37,725 nt of DNA from NCBI GenBank assembly GCA_039715155.1, contig JBDLHW010000001.1:1-37725 (forward strand), in the 5' to 3' direction. Below the pieces are notes generated by a model. That model had not been told where the DNA came from. It saw only the letters and a program-made list of their open reading frames with translations, and made no database searches. The translations under genes and the position numbers were made by a program. Position 1 is the first letter of the stretch, and each line of letters opens with the position of its first letter. This stretch comes from Campylobacterota bacterium. Its GTDB lineage: Bacteria > Campylobacterota > Campylobacteria > Campylobacterales > Sulfurimonadaceae. Shown piece after piece: positions 37,529 to 37,725 of this stretch.

Positions 37529-37725
37529 CTATCTACCGCTTGGGAGTTCATAAAAATCTTCCATTGCTTTTATTTTTTCTTTTTGAAATATACTTAAAAA
37601 CTTTCTAGCTAATATATTTAAAGGGATGACTGTAAAAATGAGTAAAAGTAAAAACATTACATATATTGTAATAACAACTTTTCTACCAAAACTATACTTT
37701 TTACCTGCAAGTTTAATTAACTTAC
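37529..37725 (-). CDS. darA: Dialkylresorcinol condensing enzyme DarA, C-terminal part (truncated by window edge)
   Basis: Open frame KLIKLAGKKYSFGRKVVITIYVMFLLLLIFTVIPLNILARKFLSIFQKEKIKAMEDFYELPSGR*, ending 8 bp before darB; resembles the DarA C-terminus as recalled. Confidence 0.7.
   Translation of the reverse strand, partial: KLIKLAGKKYSFGRKVVITIYVMFLLLLIFTVIPLNILARKFLSIFQKEKIKAMEDFYELPSGR

Larger units (their letters stand above)
21435..37725 (-). other. Aryl polyene/dialkylresorcinol (flexirubin/arcuflavin-like) biosynthetic gene cluster, incomplete at right edge
   Basis: 18 co-oriented, mostly abutting genes: darAB, KS/CLF/ACP, ammonia-lyase, ligase, GT2, LPLAT, LolA, MMPL. Confidence 0.85.

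Noticed and set aside
631-37608. Numerous short antisense or alternative-frame ORFs in the track (e.g. 631-825, 5819-6139, 13921-14190, 36871-37197)
   Set aside because: They are shadow ORFs lying within well-supported genes, with no motifs.

Overview
AT-rich bacterial chromosome segment whose gene content and order suggest Campylobacterota (Sulfurimonas-like; inference). It has three zones. (1) 1-16.9 kb is core housekeeping: SLC13 transporter, gpsA, K+ channel/RCK, gatB, atpB, rny, ftsY, radA, fliL, acpS, thiS and an orphan response regulator. (2) 16.9-21.4 kb is an accessory tract cut into units by three copies of a ~100-bp att-like repeat. Each copy begins with TTATGAG, the anticodon loop of a tRNA(CAT), and two copies are fused to the 3' half of that tRNA. 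The units are an integrase-less cassette of three lipoprotein genes and a hipBA cassette. A decayed, unannotated fragment resembling an integron-type tyrosine recombinase abuts the third repeat. (3) 21.4-37.7 kb is a co-oriented aryl-polyene/dialkylresorcinol (flexirubin/arcuflavin-like) biosynthetic cluster running off the right edge: partial darA, darB, BtrH-like protein, ABC exporter, ACP, KS/CLF, halogenase-like flavoprotein, MIO ammonia-lyase, FabG, GT2, acyltransferase, LolA-like, MMPL and AMP-ligase. The best candidate for an undescribed system is the cassette array delimited by tRNA-derived att sites, together with its adjacent IntI-like relic. All family calls come from motif recognition; no database search was run.
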